A stretch of DNA of 64,000 bases from a bacterium (lineage in GTDB: Bacteria; RBG-13-61-14; DATKZS01). Numbering within the stretch: the stretch's first letter is position 1; every line of letters begins with the position of its first letter. The notes beneath the pieces were generated by a model, which was not told the origin of the DNA, did not search any database, and saw only the letters and a program-made list of their open reading frames with translations. This document shows, piece by piece, positions 18,178 to 28,824 of the stretch. Both the position numbers and the translations under genes were made by a program. Location of the stretch: contig CAXXFL010000001.1 of NCBI GenBank assembly GCA_963674965.2, forward strand, positions 1,024,001 to 1,088,000, in the 5' to 3' direction.

Positions 18178-20952
18178 TTAGTGTCCCGGACCCGCTCGAC
18201 GGACGCGGGAGAAGAAAAAAATCAAAAAGGAACCGATGGCGCAAAACCCGGCCGTTGCCGAGACCCATAGCCCGAGGCGGAGGGAGGCGGGCCGGAAGGA
18301 GAAAGTGACCGAGTGCCGGCCGGCGTCGAGCCAAACCGCGCGGAAGGCGTGGTTGGCCCTTAATATCGGGGCCTCCACGCCGTCAACCTCCGCCCTCCAT
18401 CCAGGATACCAAACATCGCCAAGCACGACCAGGCCCGGGTCAGTCAGGTCCGCGCCGATCATGACCCGGTCGGCCTGATAGCTTTGAATCTCGATTTTCT
18501 CCCCCGCCGGCCAGGAGGAATCGCGGACTGGCAAATTAAGTGGAGCTTCGAGAAGGACTTCCTTGGCCGGCTGAAAAACACGGTTACGAAGATACTTAAG
18601 GCGCGCCGCCGCGTCCGGGACGACATTATATTTATGGACGATAAAGGCCCGGGGAAGCGCGCCGGGGTTGACGAATACGTTGAGCCCGGCCAGATCAAGG
18701 CGTTTGAAATAAGCATTGGGATTAAGGACCGCGGGATTGAATATCTCGATTTCTGGGACTTCAGATCCCGAGGACGGGGACGGCGGCAGGACGTCCATGC
18801 CAACTCGAAGGGTCTGGCCGTGCAGGTCCGATAAATCGATGGTCTGAAGATGGTTTTGAAGGACCTCGTCCGAGTTGATGAAAAACCGGGCGAAGAGAAG
18901 GCGGTGATTGCCGGTTTGATCGACCCGGGCCCGGACCTGGACCCACGCCGGCGCCGTCAGGTCCGTCTCGGTCCCTTCTCGGCGGAGCTCGAATTGGAAC
19001 GACGACCCCGCCGGCGCGAGCCAGGTCTGTCGCCACGATCCGGGCGCCATGATCGCTACCCCCCCTGGAACCAGGCCGGAGAGTCCGGTCCGCCGGCAGC
19101 CGCGGGCGGGACAGTCCCTGGCCTGCCAGTGGTAGGCCGGGAAAAAATGCGAGGCGAACTTAAGGTTGGCCTCCTCGGTTATGACGTAGACCACGTTGAG
19201 AAAATTTAATAGATGGACGTTCTGGTCGGAAATATAGTTCGGGTTTTTCAGTTGCCAAAAATTAAGACGCTGCCATCCGCCGTCCTTGGCGGGGGGCAGA
19301 AGCTGCATGTAGAATTCGGCGTACCACTGGATCGAGGACGTCATGAAGGAGTCGGTGGTTTGCTCTCCGGGCAAGGACCCCAACTGATAGGGAATTGAAC
19401 GCCGTCCGAAACGGTGAGCGGGAGCTACTGTCATGCTCCGGCCGATCGGTCGCGGCCGTGAGAAATACTCGAGATAGGCCGGGTTGAATCGAGGAAAATC
19501 CAATCGCTCCCGGTGGAGGATAAAAAAGGAGGGGATATAACACTCGATAATAAATAAAACGCACAACCAGCCCGCTACCACGCGGGCGCGCGACCCGGTC
19601 ACGATGACGATCATCCCGCCCAGGGCCAGAAGCAGGTATATAACGGCCACCCGGTCTTGATAGGCGGCCACTCGGTCCATGGGGAACTGATTTTGGCTGA
19701 CCGTGAACCAGGCGGCTTCCAGTTTGAGGAAAGCCGCGAAAGCAAGGGAGGTGCTGGAAAAGATCGCGATATATCGCCGAGCCCGGGCGGAGGCAAGGAC
19801 GTGGTCAATGAAAAACGCGACGAGCAGCGCAATCAGGATGCTCGCGTAATAGAAGTTTAGATGGTGCCACATCATCTTCCCGACAAAGGGGAGCCTATAA
19901 GCCACGCGGAGCAGGCCGAAGGGATTGGCCGTAAGCAGCAATAAGCAGGCGATGCAGATAAATATTACCTTGATGGCCGGGCGCTTTCTCATCTCGGTGA
20001 TACTCAAAACCAGGACCGCTGGAGTGATCGCTCCCAGGATAACCCGGATATATCCCGCCACCGCCCTGCCGGACGCGGTGGAGCTGAAGGTTTCATAGGA
20101 AAACCAGGCGGGGTCGGATCGGGTGCTGAAGTGGACGAATTCGTACACGGGCAGGAACTGGATAAGGCCCAGGGCTACCCCGCCCCCAACCGACGCGGCG
20201 ATCAATATTAGCGCTTTTCGCCGCTCCCACAGATCACGCGGCCTTACCGCCGCGACGCCGGCTAAAATAATGAAAAGGGTTAAGAACTCCCGGCCAATGG
20301 TCTCCATATTGCCGCCCAAAACCTGCAACCCGAGCGCCGCGATCGCCCCCAAAAAAGCCGCCGGGCTCCGATAGCGCCAAATCCCCACGTAACAGGAAAA
20401 AAGGAGCGGCGTCCACGAGAAGGTCAATAAGCGAGGCAGAAAATGATCGGCCTCCCCGATCTGAAAAAGCAGCAACCCGAAAAGGGCCCCCGACAAGGAG
20501 GCCCATGGCCCCCGCGACAACAGCCGCGCCAGCAGGTATAACGAAAGGGTGAAGATCGCCAGATGCACGTATGTCCCGACCACCGCCGCGACGTTATAAG
20601 GGAGAATGGAATAAATAACGCCCAGGGGCGCAAACCGGCTGGTATGAGACCAGCCGATCAGCGGCGTGCCCGAGTTGAACTGAGGCATCCAGGCCGGAAA
20701 AAAACCGCGTTCCGCGTTTTCGTCAATAACTCGGCGGTAAAGCATCCACTCGTTCAGGTTCTCGCTGTTGCCCGGTTCGATGGCGCCTATCAGGGTCTCG
20801 CCCCGAAAAAGATAGGGGACCGCTGGAACAAGTGAAAGTATCAATAGCAAGGCCGGTAACGCCAGGTCCAGGCGACTGAACTTAAGGGGCGGGAATTCCT
20901 CCTTGTCCGAGCCGAGGGTGGCGACAGGCGGAGCGTCGGCGCTGGAATTCAT
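18178..20952 (-). CDS. YfhO-like membrane glycosyltransferase (GT-C type)
   Basis: PAWMPQFNSGTP, multiple TM helices, LNVVYVI, ALPRAF, C-terminal 'WYPGWRAEVDG...RANHAFRAV...GRHSVTFSFRP'. Confidence 0.82.
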   Translation of the reverse strand: MNSSADAPPVATLGSDKEEFPPLKFSRLDLALPALLLILSLVPAVPYLFRGETLIGAIEPGNSENLNEWMLYRRVIDENAERGFFPAWMPQFNSGTPLIGWSHTSRFAPLGVIYSILPYNVAAVVGTYVHLAIFTLSLYLLARLLSRGPWASLSGALFGLLLFQIGEADHFLPRLLTFSWTPLLFSCYVGIWRYRSPAAFLGAIAALGLQVLGGNMETIGREFLTLFIILAGVAAVRPRDLWERRKALILIAASVGGGVALGLIQFLPVYEFVHFSTRSDPAWFSYETFSSTASGRAVAGYIRVILGAITPAVLVLSITEMRKRPAIKVIFICIACLLLLTANPFGLLRVAYRLPFVGKMMWHHLNFYYASILIALLVAFFIDHVLASARARRYIAIFSSTSLAFAAFLKLEAAWFTVSQNQFPMDRVAAYQDRVAVIYLLLALGGMIVIVTGSRARVVAGWLCVLFIIECYIPSFFILHRERLDFPRFNPAYLEYFSRPRPIGRSMTVAPAHRFGRRSIPYQLGSLPGEQTTDSFMTSSIQWYAEFYMQLLPPAKDGGWQRLNFWQLKNPNYISDQNVHLLNFLNVVYVITEEANLKFASHFFPAYHWQARDCPARGCRRTGLSGLVPGGVAIMAPGSWRQTWLAPAGSSFQFELRREGTETDLTAPAWVQVRARVDQTGNHRLLFARFFINSDEVLQNHLQTIDLSDLHGQTLRVGMDVLPPSPSSGSEVPEIEIFNPAVLNPNAYFKRLDLAGLNVFVNPGALPRAFIVHKYNVVPDAAARLKYLRNRVFQPAKEVLLEAPLNLPVRDSSWPAGEKIEIQSYQADRVMIGADLTDPGLVVLGDVWYPGWRAEVDGVEAPILRANHAFRAVWLDAGRHSVTFSFRPASLRLGLWVSATAGFCAIGSFLIFFFSRVRRAGPGH

Positions 20953-21011
20953 GCGATCATTATCCCGTCGCGGGAAGAGCCCCGCTCTATGATCCAGTGA
21001 ATCCTGGTGAA

Positions 21012-21082
21012 GAAATCCGGGGACGAGAAATCCGGGGACGGCATATTTATCTCGCTTCTATTCAGCTTTAGTCTCGTTATTA
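21012..21082. repeat. GGGGAC-type REP-like repeat, copy B
   Basis: (GAAATCCGGGGACG)x2 followed by ATCTCGCTTCTATTCAGCTTTAGTCTCGTTATTA. Partial third copy CGGCATATTTATCTCGC at 21418-21434. Confidence 0.6.
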
Positions 21083-21573
21083 ATGATCGATGCGAAGGCC
21101 AATGGCGGACTCGTGAGAAACCCATAACGCGCGTAGGCGGCGCAGCCCCGGTCCGAGCGTTTTCTTCCACTAATTCAAGCATAGACTGACGCTTATCCTC
21201 CCTCGCGTTATACGATTCTTTTCAAAGGGATGGCAGTATAACATGTTCTGCCCGCGTCTTTCCCGCCCACGCAATATTGGAGGCAATATCCCGCGTGCCA
21301 TCCAGCGAAATAGTTGCATAGGTGGCAAGGGAAGTCAATTATTCCTTTGCAAAGTTCTCTTCTTGTCGCTGAAGCCAATTTGGATCACGGAAGCATAAGT
21401 CCGCCTTGATATGGAGGCGGCATATTTATCTCGCCTTTATTGCGGGGCAGAGGGGCGTTTATGGATATTCCATCAACATCGAGCGTTTAAGGGGACCTAT
21501 ATTATTTCCAACAATTAAAGTGATTTTCCTGGGATATTCAAAGAACGGCCCGGCCTCGCTTCACTCCCTCTTT

Positions 21574-22989
21574 CTAGGCGGAATATTTTTTCAGGTAATA
21601 ACGGAACTGGTGATAGGTCAGGCCCAGGCGTCTGGCGGCTGCGGCCTGGTTGCCCCCCGCCTCCTCCAGGGCGGAAAGCACCAGGGACCTCTCATGGGCC
21701 TCGACCCTTTCCCTGAAGGAGCCGGACGCTGGAAAGGCCCGCTCGGCCGCGTGGAGGCCAAGGTCCGAGGCGGTGATCTCGTCGGTCGTGTCCCTGTATA
21801 CGGCCCTCTCGATGACGTTCTTAAGCTCCCGCACGTTGCCGGGGAAGGCGTAATTTCGGAGGGCCCTGACCGCCTCCTCCCCCAGCCTCTTGCCCTGGAA
21901 GGCCGGGACCTCGTCCATGAACCTGTCCAGGAAATAATCGGCCAGGAGGTCCACGTCTCCCTCTCTCTCCCGGAGAGGAGGAACGCGTATCTCCTCGAAG
22001 GAAAGGCGGTCGTAAAGGTCGGCCAGGAACTTGCCCTCCCGGATCAGCTTGTCCAGGTCCGCGTTGGTGGCCGCCACGATCCGGGCGTTGACCTTTATTT
22101 CCTCGCGCCCGCCCACGCGGTTGAAGGTCCCGTACTCGACCACCCGCAGAATCTTGCGCTGGAAGGGAAGGCTCATGTTGCCTATCTCGTCCATGAAAAG
22201 CATGCCGCCGTCGGCCTGCTCGAAACGGCCGCCGCTCCTTTTGGCCGCCCCGGTGAAGGCGCCCTTCTCGTAGCCGAACAGCTCGCTCTCGAGCAGAGAG
22301 TCAGTAAAGGCCGCGCAGTTGACCACCACGAAACTCCCCATGGGACGCGGGGAACGGCCGCTTTGGCTGGAGGAGTTTTTCGCGGCCATGTAGATGGCGC
22401 GGGCCACGAGCTCCTTGCCCGTTCCCCTCTCGCCCGTTATCAGCACGGGCCGGGGAATGGAGGCGACCTTGTCCACCCGGCTCACCACCTCCATGATCGC
22501 GTCGGAACGGCCCACTATCTCGTAGCGGGAGCGGGCCGCCTCCTGGAGAAGCTCGTTCTCCCGCCCCAGTTCCCGGTTCTTCTCGATAAGAGAGATAAGG
22601 GCCTTGATTTTGCCGAGCTGGGTGGAAACGCGCTCGGACAAATTGTCGGTCCGGACCAGAAAGTCGCTGGCCCCCGCCCGGACCGCGTTGTTGGCGATAT
22701 TTACGTCGCCCTTTTCAGCAACCATGACCACGGGCACGATGGGGTCGATCTGCCGAATCTCGAAAAGAGCCGACAGCCCGTCGATCCTGCCGTCGCCAAG
22801 ATGATAATCGACCACGATAAGATCGCACCTTGCGCCTTTGCCCAAAAGGGCCAACAGCTCGCCGGCGCTGGAGATTGTCTTTATTATTCCACTTGTTCCG
22901 CAGACCTGGACAAAGGCTTCGCATAGGCTTTGGAGGTCTTTCCTCGGGGTATCCAGGATGTAAACGCTCTTGGTATTGTCGCCGATCAC
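21574..22989 (-). CDS. Sigma54-dependent activator: receiver + PspF-like AAA+ + HTH
   Basis: GERGTGKELVA, ESELFGYEKGAFTGA, DEIGNM, FPGNVRELKNVIERA, LGLTYHQFRY. Confidence 0.92.
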   Translation of the reverse strand: MIGDNTKSVYILDTPRKDLQSLCEAFVQVCGTSGIIKTISSAGELLALLGKGARCDLIVVDYHLGDGRIDGLSALFEIRQIDPIVPVVMVAEKGDVNIANNAVRAGASDFLVRTDNLSERVSTQLGKIKALISLIEKNRELGRENELLQEAARSRYEIVGRSDAIMEVVSRVDKVASIPRPVLITGERGTGKELVARAIYMAAKNSSSQSGRSPRPMGSFVVVNCAAFTDSLLESELFGYEKGAFTGAAKRSGGRFEQADGGMLFMDEIGNMSLPFQRKILRVVEYGTFNRVGGREEIKVNARIVAATNADLDKLIREGKFLADLYDRLSFEEIRVPPLREREGDVDLLADYFLDRFMDEVPAFQGKRLGEEAVRALRNYAFPGNVRELKNVIERAVYRDTTDEITASDLGLHAAERAFPASGSFRERVEAHERSLVLSALEEAGGNQAAAARRLGLTYHQFRYYLKKYSA

Positions 22990-23032
22990 GGGTTTATTTT
23001 AAAAGATCGAGATGAGAAAAACAACTGGAATG

Positions 23033-23147
23033 TGACAATTTTCACCACACCTGAAGTTTTCCACCATCAAAAAGAGGCGGTTTTTTAGGCAATATCCAAT
23101 CAAAACGGATACTTAAAATTAATCTCCCCTTGGGCACGCAATTTCCA
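23033..23147 (+). promoter_or_regulatory. Putative enhancer sites and sigma54-like promoter for the NfeD/flotillin pair
   Basis: Direct repeats TGACAATTTTCACCA (23033) and TGAAGTTTTCCACCA (23052). GGCACGCAATTTCC at 23133-23146 has one mismatch in the -12 GC. Confidence 0.45.
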
Positions 23148-23169
23148 TTAAAGGTATTACCAAGAGGAC

Positions 23170-23763
23170 ATGAAGATGATGAAAATAGAAACCATAGACA
23201 TAATATTCATCGCGGGAATTATTGAAGGAACGGCCCAGTTATGTTTCCTGGGCGCCGCTTCATTCCTGGCCAATATAACTCTTTTCCCCCGGTTGTCCGG
23301 CCTTTTCGGCTCATTGCGAATAAGTCCCCAAGGCCGAGTGTCTCGCGGCTCCGTCCGCTCTTCTTGTACCATGGGCGGGCCTCTCATTATCCTGGCGCTT
23401 TGGTCCTCGCTGTTTGGGTCGCTGGGGCTCTTGGGCAGGTCTTTTTTCCACTTCGATACCATGGTCCTCCTGGCGGGTAGCGCGGCGGCGTCCCTTCCCG
23501 TCGCCCTTGTTTGTTCCCTGCTGCTTGGCCGCTACCTGACCGGCTCCGAGGCCAGGGAGATGGAAAGCGAGTATCTGCCCGGCCGGATAGCCAACGTGAG
23601 CCTGGCCATCCCCGAGAATGGGGTCGGCCAGGTCAGCCTGGTCTGCAACGGAAAGCGCGTGATCATTCCCGCCAGGGACAAAAGACGCAAGGGCATTTGC
23701 CGGCGTTCGATGGTAGTCATCATCGGGATCGATAGAAACGTTGCCGAGGTGGTCGAGTTTTAA
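23170..23763 (+). CDS. NfeD-like membrane protein with C-terminal OB fold
   Basis: TM helices (SLFGSLG) then GRIANVSLAIPENGVGQVS. Directly upstream of flotillin. Confidence 0.7.
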   Translation: MKMMKIETIDIIFIAGIIEGTAQLCFLGAASFLANITLFPRLSGLFGSLRISPQGRVSRGSVRSSCTMGGPLIILALWSSLFGSLGLLGRSFFHFDTMVLLAGSAAASLPVALVCSLLLGRYLTGSEAREMESEYLPGRIANVSLAIPENGVGQVSLVCNGKRVIIPARDKRRKGICRRSMVVIIGIDRNVAEVVEF

Positions 23764-23879
23764 ACGCGAAAGGAGAGGCGACATGAAAACTCCACCGAGT
23801 ATAAAAAAGTAGAAGGCTGAAGGGTTTTCAAAGGCAATAACGAAAAGAGCCGGGCGGCTCATGAGAAAGGAGAAAGCAA

Positions 23880-25508
23880 ATGGAATTTTTATCCGAGTGG
23901 TGGGGTCTTCTGGTGGCGATGGCCGGGATATTCGGCTCGGTCATAGCGGCGGGCGGCTACTTCGCCTCGAGATACGAAAAGGTCGGACCTAACGAGGTCC
24001 TTATCGTTTCGGGCAGAAAGGGAGTCTACATGGACCCCTTTGGCAAGAAAAAAGTCGAGAAGAATTTCCGCATTTATCACGGCGGCGGGACCTTCGTCCT
24101 CCCCGTGCGCGAGAAAGTCAGCAAGATGAGCGTCGAGCTTATGACCCTCGAGATCAGGACCCCCGAGTTCTTCACCAAGTTCGGAGTGCCCATCGTGGTG
24201 GACGGCATAGCCCAGATCAAGGTCAGGAGCGACGACCCGATCTCCACCATCACGGCGGCCGAGATGTTCCTGTCCAAGAAGCCGGACGAGATGAACGAGA
24301 TAGCCCACCAGATGATGCAGGGCCATTTGCGAGCGGTCATCAGCACTCTTCCCTTCGAGGAAATCCACGCCAACCCCGAGGCTTTCGCCCAGACGGTCCA
24401 GCGCCTGACGGCGGAGGACCTTGCCAACATGGGCATCCAGGTGGTGAGTTTCACCATACGCGAGATCAAGGACCCCTCGGGATACCTGAAGGCAATTGGG
24501 CGGCCCAAGGTGGCCGAGCTTCACAAGAACGCGATCCTGGGCGAGGCGGCGTCTCATCGCGACGCGGAGGTGGGCAAGTCGGCCGCGGAAAGGGAGGCCT
24601 CGGTGGCCTCGTCCAAGGCCAGGCAGGAGGCGGAACTGGCGGCGATCAATAAGGAACTGGCGGTCCAGAACGCGCAAATGGAAAAGGAGAAGCGCCTAAA
24701 CGCCATGAAGGTCGAGGTGGCCAGGACCCAGGCGGCCTCGGACATGTCCTACGAGTGCGCCAAGGTCAAGCACCGCCAGAGCTTGGTGGAGGAGGAACTG
24801 GGAGTCAGCAAGGTCGAGCGCGAGAAACAGATCGAGATCGAGGAGCTTGAGGTTAGAAGGAAGGAGATCGAGTTGATGCACGGCGTCAAGAAGCCCGCCG
24901 AGGCCGAACGGTATCGCGTCGAGACCATAACCCAGGCCGAAAGGCTAAGGCTCGTGAGCATGGCCGAGGCCCAGGCGGAGGCCGAGCGGCAAAAGGGACT
25001 GGCGGAAGCCGACGTCATCAGGGCCAAGGGAGAAGCCGAGGCCCAGGCCATACGCCTCAAGGCGCTGGCCAAGGCGGAGGGTGAAAAAGCCATGTTCCTG
25101 GCCGAGGCGGAGGGCATGCAACAAAAGGCCAAAGCCTACCAGGAGTATAACTCCGCCGCGGTGAGCCAGATGCTGATCGAAAAGATGCCCGAGATAGCCG
25201 CCGCCGTGGCCGCTCCTCTCCAGAGGATCGACCGCATCGTCATGATCAGCGGCGCGAACGGCGACAACGGGGACTCCTCCGGTTTCGGCCGTATCACCAA
25301 GGGAGTCACCGAGGTCATGGCTCAGGTCCCCGCGGTTTTCGAGGCCATGACCGGAGTGGGCCTCGAGGACCTCATAAGGAAAGTGCCCGCCTTCAAGGAG
25401 GTCGCGGAAGTCAAAAAGGCCGATACCGCCTCCGGGCAAGATCAAAAGGCCCTGACCAGCCAAGACAACGGGACAAGCCAGGGACTTGAAAGGTCGCAAA
25501 GCCAGTAG
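23880..25508 (+). CDS. Flotillin (SPFH/band 7) family protein
   Basis: KVGPNEVLIVSGR, GGGTFVLP, VDGIAQIKV, AEA-rich coiled coil, MPEIAAAVAAPL. Confidence 0.94.
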   Translation: MEFLSEWWGLLVAMAGIFGSVIAAGGYFASRYEKVGPNEVLIVSGRKGVYMDPFGKKKVEKNFRIYHGGGTFVLPVREKVSKMSVELMTLEIRTPEFFTKFGVPIVVDGIAQIKVRSDDPISTITAAEMFLSKKPDEMNEIAHQMMQGHLRAVISTLPFEEIHANPEAFAQTVQRLTAEDLANMGIQVVSFTIREIKDPSGYLKAIGRPKVAELHKNAILGEAASHRDAEVGKSAAEREASVASSKARQEAELAAINKELAVQNAQMEKEKRLNAMKVEVARTQAASDMSYECAKVKHRQSLVEEELGVSKVEREKQIEIEELEVRRKEIELMHGVKKPAEAERYRVETITQAERLRLVSMAEAQAEAERQKGLAEADVIRAKGEAEAQAIRLKALAKAEGEKAMFLAEAEGMQQKAKAYQEYNSAAVSQMLIEKMPEIAAAVAAPLQRIDRIVMISGANGDNGDSSGFGRITKGVTEVMAQVPAVFEAMTGVGLEDLIRKVPAFKEVAEVKKADTASGQDQKALTSQDNGTSQGLERSQSQ

Positions 25509-25979
25509 TCAACAGCCGGAGCCAAGCGCGAAGGCGGCCGGATTGACGTCCGGCCGCCGCTTCCTTTCCCGCGTGGGTGAGAGGAGCGAAAGGGCTGAAG
25601 GCCTGGGGGCCGAGGGCGCTTGGAGGCGTTTTCCGGCGGCTTTCGACCGGCGATTTGAGGGACCTGATGACGGGAGAAGATCAGCCGGCGGCTAAGTCGC
25701 CCATGCATGATGATTAGATGGGCGACCCGGAAAAAAACAGGATTGACCCTGGGAAACCTGATCCAATACGCGAACGAGGCGCTGGGAGCGGCGGGCCATT
25801 AATCTCCGCTCGTTCTTTGCTTACCATAATATCGTCGAATCCTAGCGAAACCCAAGTTGAAGAATAGGGAAAAAGGCATTTAAATAGATAGTGTAGGGTC
25901 GATCCTTGACGCTCCCTAATATACTTTCGGCCCGATCTTATAATCGCCGAGGAAGTTCGCCTCTAAACGGAGTAATTAA

Positions 25980-28208
25980 ATGATCGACCATACCCTATAC
26001 GACACCCTGTCCGACAAGCCTTTAAGCCCCCACGCGTCCGGAGCGTTCGGCGCCGCCGGCCTTTTCCCCATGCTGGGATTGATGGGTCAGGCCTGGGCCT
26101 ACTACGTGGACGCGTGGCAGCGTCACGTCCTGTTCAATGACGTTTTGAGGAAGCAGGGCAACGTTTATTTCGAGCACAAGAGGAAGGGCCTTCCTCCGGT
26201 CCTCAGCTTTGGCCATGAGATCGTCATGGACGGGCGGGAGCTTGCAAGGCCAGTGAACTACGCCCTGGCCCGGATACTTCCCGACGAGGGCGTCGAGCTT
26301 GACCCGACGTCTCGTCCCATCGTGATCGTCGACCCCCGCGCGGGCCACGGTCCCGGCATCGGCGGCTCGAAAAAGGACTCGGAGATGGGCCTTAGCCTGC
26401 GGGACGAGAGGCCGACTTATTTCGTGATGTTCTTTCCCGATCCGGTCCCGGGCCAGACCATCGAGGACGTGATGAACGCGGAGATAGCCTTCGTCGAGCG
26501 CGTGAAGTCGCTGCATCCGGAGGCCCCGGCCCCGGCGGTGATAGGCAACTGCCAGGCGGGCTGGGCCGTGGCCATGATGGCGGCCAAGCGTCCGGACCTT
26601 GCCGGTCCCATCGTCATGGTGGGTTCTCCTCTTTCCTATTGGGCGGGGGAGGACGGCGACAACCCCATGCGCTACCGGGGCGGCTTGATGGGCGGCGCGT
26701 GGCCGGCGTCCTTCCTCTCGGACCTGGGGGGAGGACGCTTCGACGGGGCCTACCTGGTGGGAAATTTCGAGTACCTCAACCCGGCCAACACCTTCTGGAA
26801 GAAGAAGTACCACCTTTATTCCAACGTGGACACCGAGGAGGACAGGTACTTAAACTTCGAGAAATGGTGGAACGGCTTCGCGGACCTGACGGAGGAGGAG
26901 ATTAAGTTTATCGCTTCCGAGCTTTTCATCGGCAACAAGCTCGAGCGGGGTGAAGTCGAGCTGGAGAGCGGCGAAAGGATTAACCTCAGAAACATCCGGC
27001 GGCCGATCATAATATTCTGCTCGGAGGGCGACAACATAACCCATCCGAAGCAGGCCCTCAACTGGGTCTTCAAGGTATGGAGGAGCGAGGAGGAGCTGAA
27101 GGCGGACAAGCAGGTCATCGTTTACCTGGTGCATGAGAGCATCGGCCACCTGGGTATATTCGTCTCCGCGAGCATAGCCAGGAAGCATCACAAGGAGATC
27201 ATGACCGACGTGGACGCGGTGGACTATCTTGCGCCCGGCCTTTACGAGATGATCATCGAGGAGTCCGAGGCGTCGGGTGAATCGGGCCGTCCTGCCGGGG
27301 GTGTCCGCTACGAGGAGAGGAAATTCTCCGACGTGGTGGACCTGAAGCGCTGCGAGGAGGATGAGGAGGCCTTCGCGGTGGTGGATAAAATCTCGACCAT
27401 CAACGACGCGGCCTATAAGCGCCTTATCTCTCCCATGGTCCGGGCCGTGTCCACCAGGGCCGGCGCGAGCGCCCTTAAGGCCATGCATCCTCTCAGGGCC
27501 CCGAGGTACTATTACTCGGACTATAACCCCATGATGTATTTTTTCAAGGTCGCGGCGCCCCTGGTGAAAAAGCACCGGAGGCCCGTCTCACCGGACAACC
27601 CCTTCCTCGAGGCGGAGAAGAAGTATTCCGACTTTATCGTCAAGCTCCTGGACATGAGGAAGGAAATCCGAGACAAGCGCTCCCAGGTTATATTCCGCAA
27701 GACCTACGATCATCCCCTGGTTAAAAGGATGTTTCTCGGCGCGGGCAACGGCAATGGCCGGCAATGCGACGGGGGGGTCGAGGTCGCGCCGTCACCGGTA
27801 ACCGAGGCGGAGCGGTCCCGTCTTCTGGCGGCCATGGGTGAAGGCGGATTTGTCGAGGCCGCGATCAGGATCATGATCGCCGTGGCCCGGGCCGACGGAT
27901 GTTTCAGCCGGTCGGAATTCAAGGCCGCCCGCCGCGTGAGCGCGTCGTATCCGGAGCTTGGCTCGCTCGATCCTCGCGAGGTCAGGCGGATCGCGTCGGA
28001 CCAGGCCAGGATGCTGCAAGTTGATGAGAATGAAGCCATAAAATCTCTTTCCGCGCTGATCCCGGACGAGAAGTCAAGGCGGGACGCTCTCCAAGTGGCG
28101 CGGCAAATGGCCGAGGCGGGCGTTAAACCCGAGGGCCAGGAAAAGCTTCTGGCCAGGATAGAAGAGGTCCTGCTCGGCCGACCGGGCCCCTCGAGGCCTA
28201 GCCTTTAA
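25980..28208 (+). CDS. DUF3141 family alpha/beta-hydrolase (PHA-synthase-like) with C-terminal TerB-like domain
   Basis: [19 protein letters not shown] (Cys nucleophile), [14 protein letters not shown]-terminal 'VARADG..S.SE'. Confidence 0.85.
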   Translation: MIDHTLYDTLSDKPLSPHASGAFGAAGLFPMLGLMGQAWAYYVDAWQRHVLFNDVLRKQGNVYFEHKRKGLPPVLSFGHEIVMDGRELARPVNYALARILPDEGVELDPTSRPIVIVDPRAGHGPGIGGSKKDSEMGLSLRDERPTYFVMFFPDPVPGQTIEDVMNAEIAFVERVKSLHPEAPAPAVIGNCQAGWAVAMMAAKRPDLAGPIVMVGSPLSYWAGEDGDNPMRYRGGLMGGAWPASFLSDLGGGRFDGAYLVGNFEYLNPANTFWKKKYHLYSNVDTEEDRYLNFEKWWNGFADLTEEEIKFIASELFIGNKLERGEVELESGERINLRNIRRPIIIFCSEGDNITHPKQALNWVFKVWRSEEELKADKQVIVYLVHESIGHLGIFVSASIARKHHKEIMTDVDAVDYLAPGLYEMIIEESEASGESGRPAGGVRYEERKFSDVVDLKRCEEDEEAFAVVDKISTINDAAYKRLISPMVRAVSTRAGASALKAMHPLRAPRYYYSDYNPMMYFFKVAAPLVKKHRRPVSPDNPFLEAEKKYSDFIVKLLDMRKEIRDKRSQVIFRKTYDHPLVKRMFLGAGNGNGRQCDGGVEVAPSPVTEAERSRLLAAMGEGGFVEAAIRIMIAVARADGCFSRSEFKAARRVSASYPELGSLDPREVRRIASDQARMLQVDENEAIKSLSALIPDEKSRRDALQVARQMAEAGVKPEGQEKLLARIEEVLLGRPGPSRPSL

Positions 28209-28719
28209 ACTCGGACAGAGTTTTCGCGAAAACCGAGGCGGCCTCCTCCCCGAAGAGCACGAAGTATACTCTTTCGAGAGGACCGCCCTTGTCGAGATAA
28301 TCAATCGTTTCCTCGATCATGACCCGGGCGCACTTGTCGAGAGGGAAGCCCGCTATCCCCGTCCCGATGGCGGGGAAGGCGACGGTCTTGAGCCCGTTTT
28401 GGCCGGCCAGGCGAAGGCTTTGCGCGACCGACGACCTCAGGTTCGGCTCCGCGGTTTTTCCGCCAAGGCTCATCGAGGCCGCGTGAATGACGCGTCGCGC
28501 CTTGAGGTTGCCCGCGCCGGTAATGGCGGCCCCACCCACGTTGATGGCGCCTATACGGTCGCATTCCTCCTGGATGGACGGCCCCCCCTTCTTCCTGATG
28601 GCCCCGGCCACGCCCGCGCCCAGCTTCAAGTCGTTATTGGCCGCGTTCACGATGGCGTCAACGTCCATCTCGGTCAGGTCGCCCTCGACGACGACTATCT
28701 TTTCAAGCGACTTGGACAT
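28198..28719 (-). CDS. Macro-domain protein (ADP-ribose hydrolase type)
   Basis: [36 protein letters not shown]. Confidence 0.93.
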   Translation of the reverse strand: MSKSLEKIVVVEGDLTEMDVDAIVNAANNDLKLGAGVAGAIRKKGGPSIQEECDRIGAINVGGAAITGAGNLKARRVIHAASMSLGGKTAEPNLRSSVAQSLRLAGQNGLKTVAFPAIGTGIAGFPLDKCARVMIEETIDYLDKGGPLERVYFVLFGEEAASVFAKTLSEFKG

Positions 28720-28824
28720 GATATTCCTCCTTGCAAAATCATGGGCCGAAGCGGTTTTCAAATTCTCTTTTACTGATGTATCATGGAACAAATAATCAGG
28801 CAACAAATCTTATATATATCGAGC

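Noticed and set aside
25510-25980. Hairpin-rich spacer (e.g. GTCGCCCAT...ATGGGCGAC at about 25697-25727) as a riboswitch
   Set aside because: No conserved riboswitch core recognised. At most a terminator.
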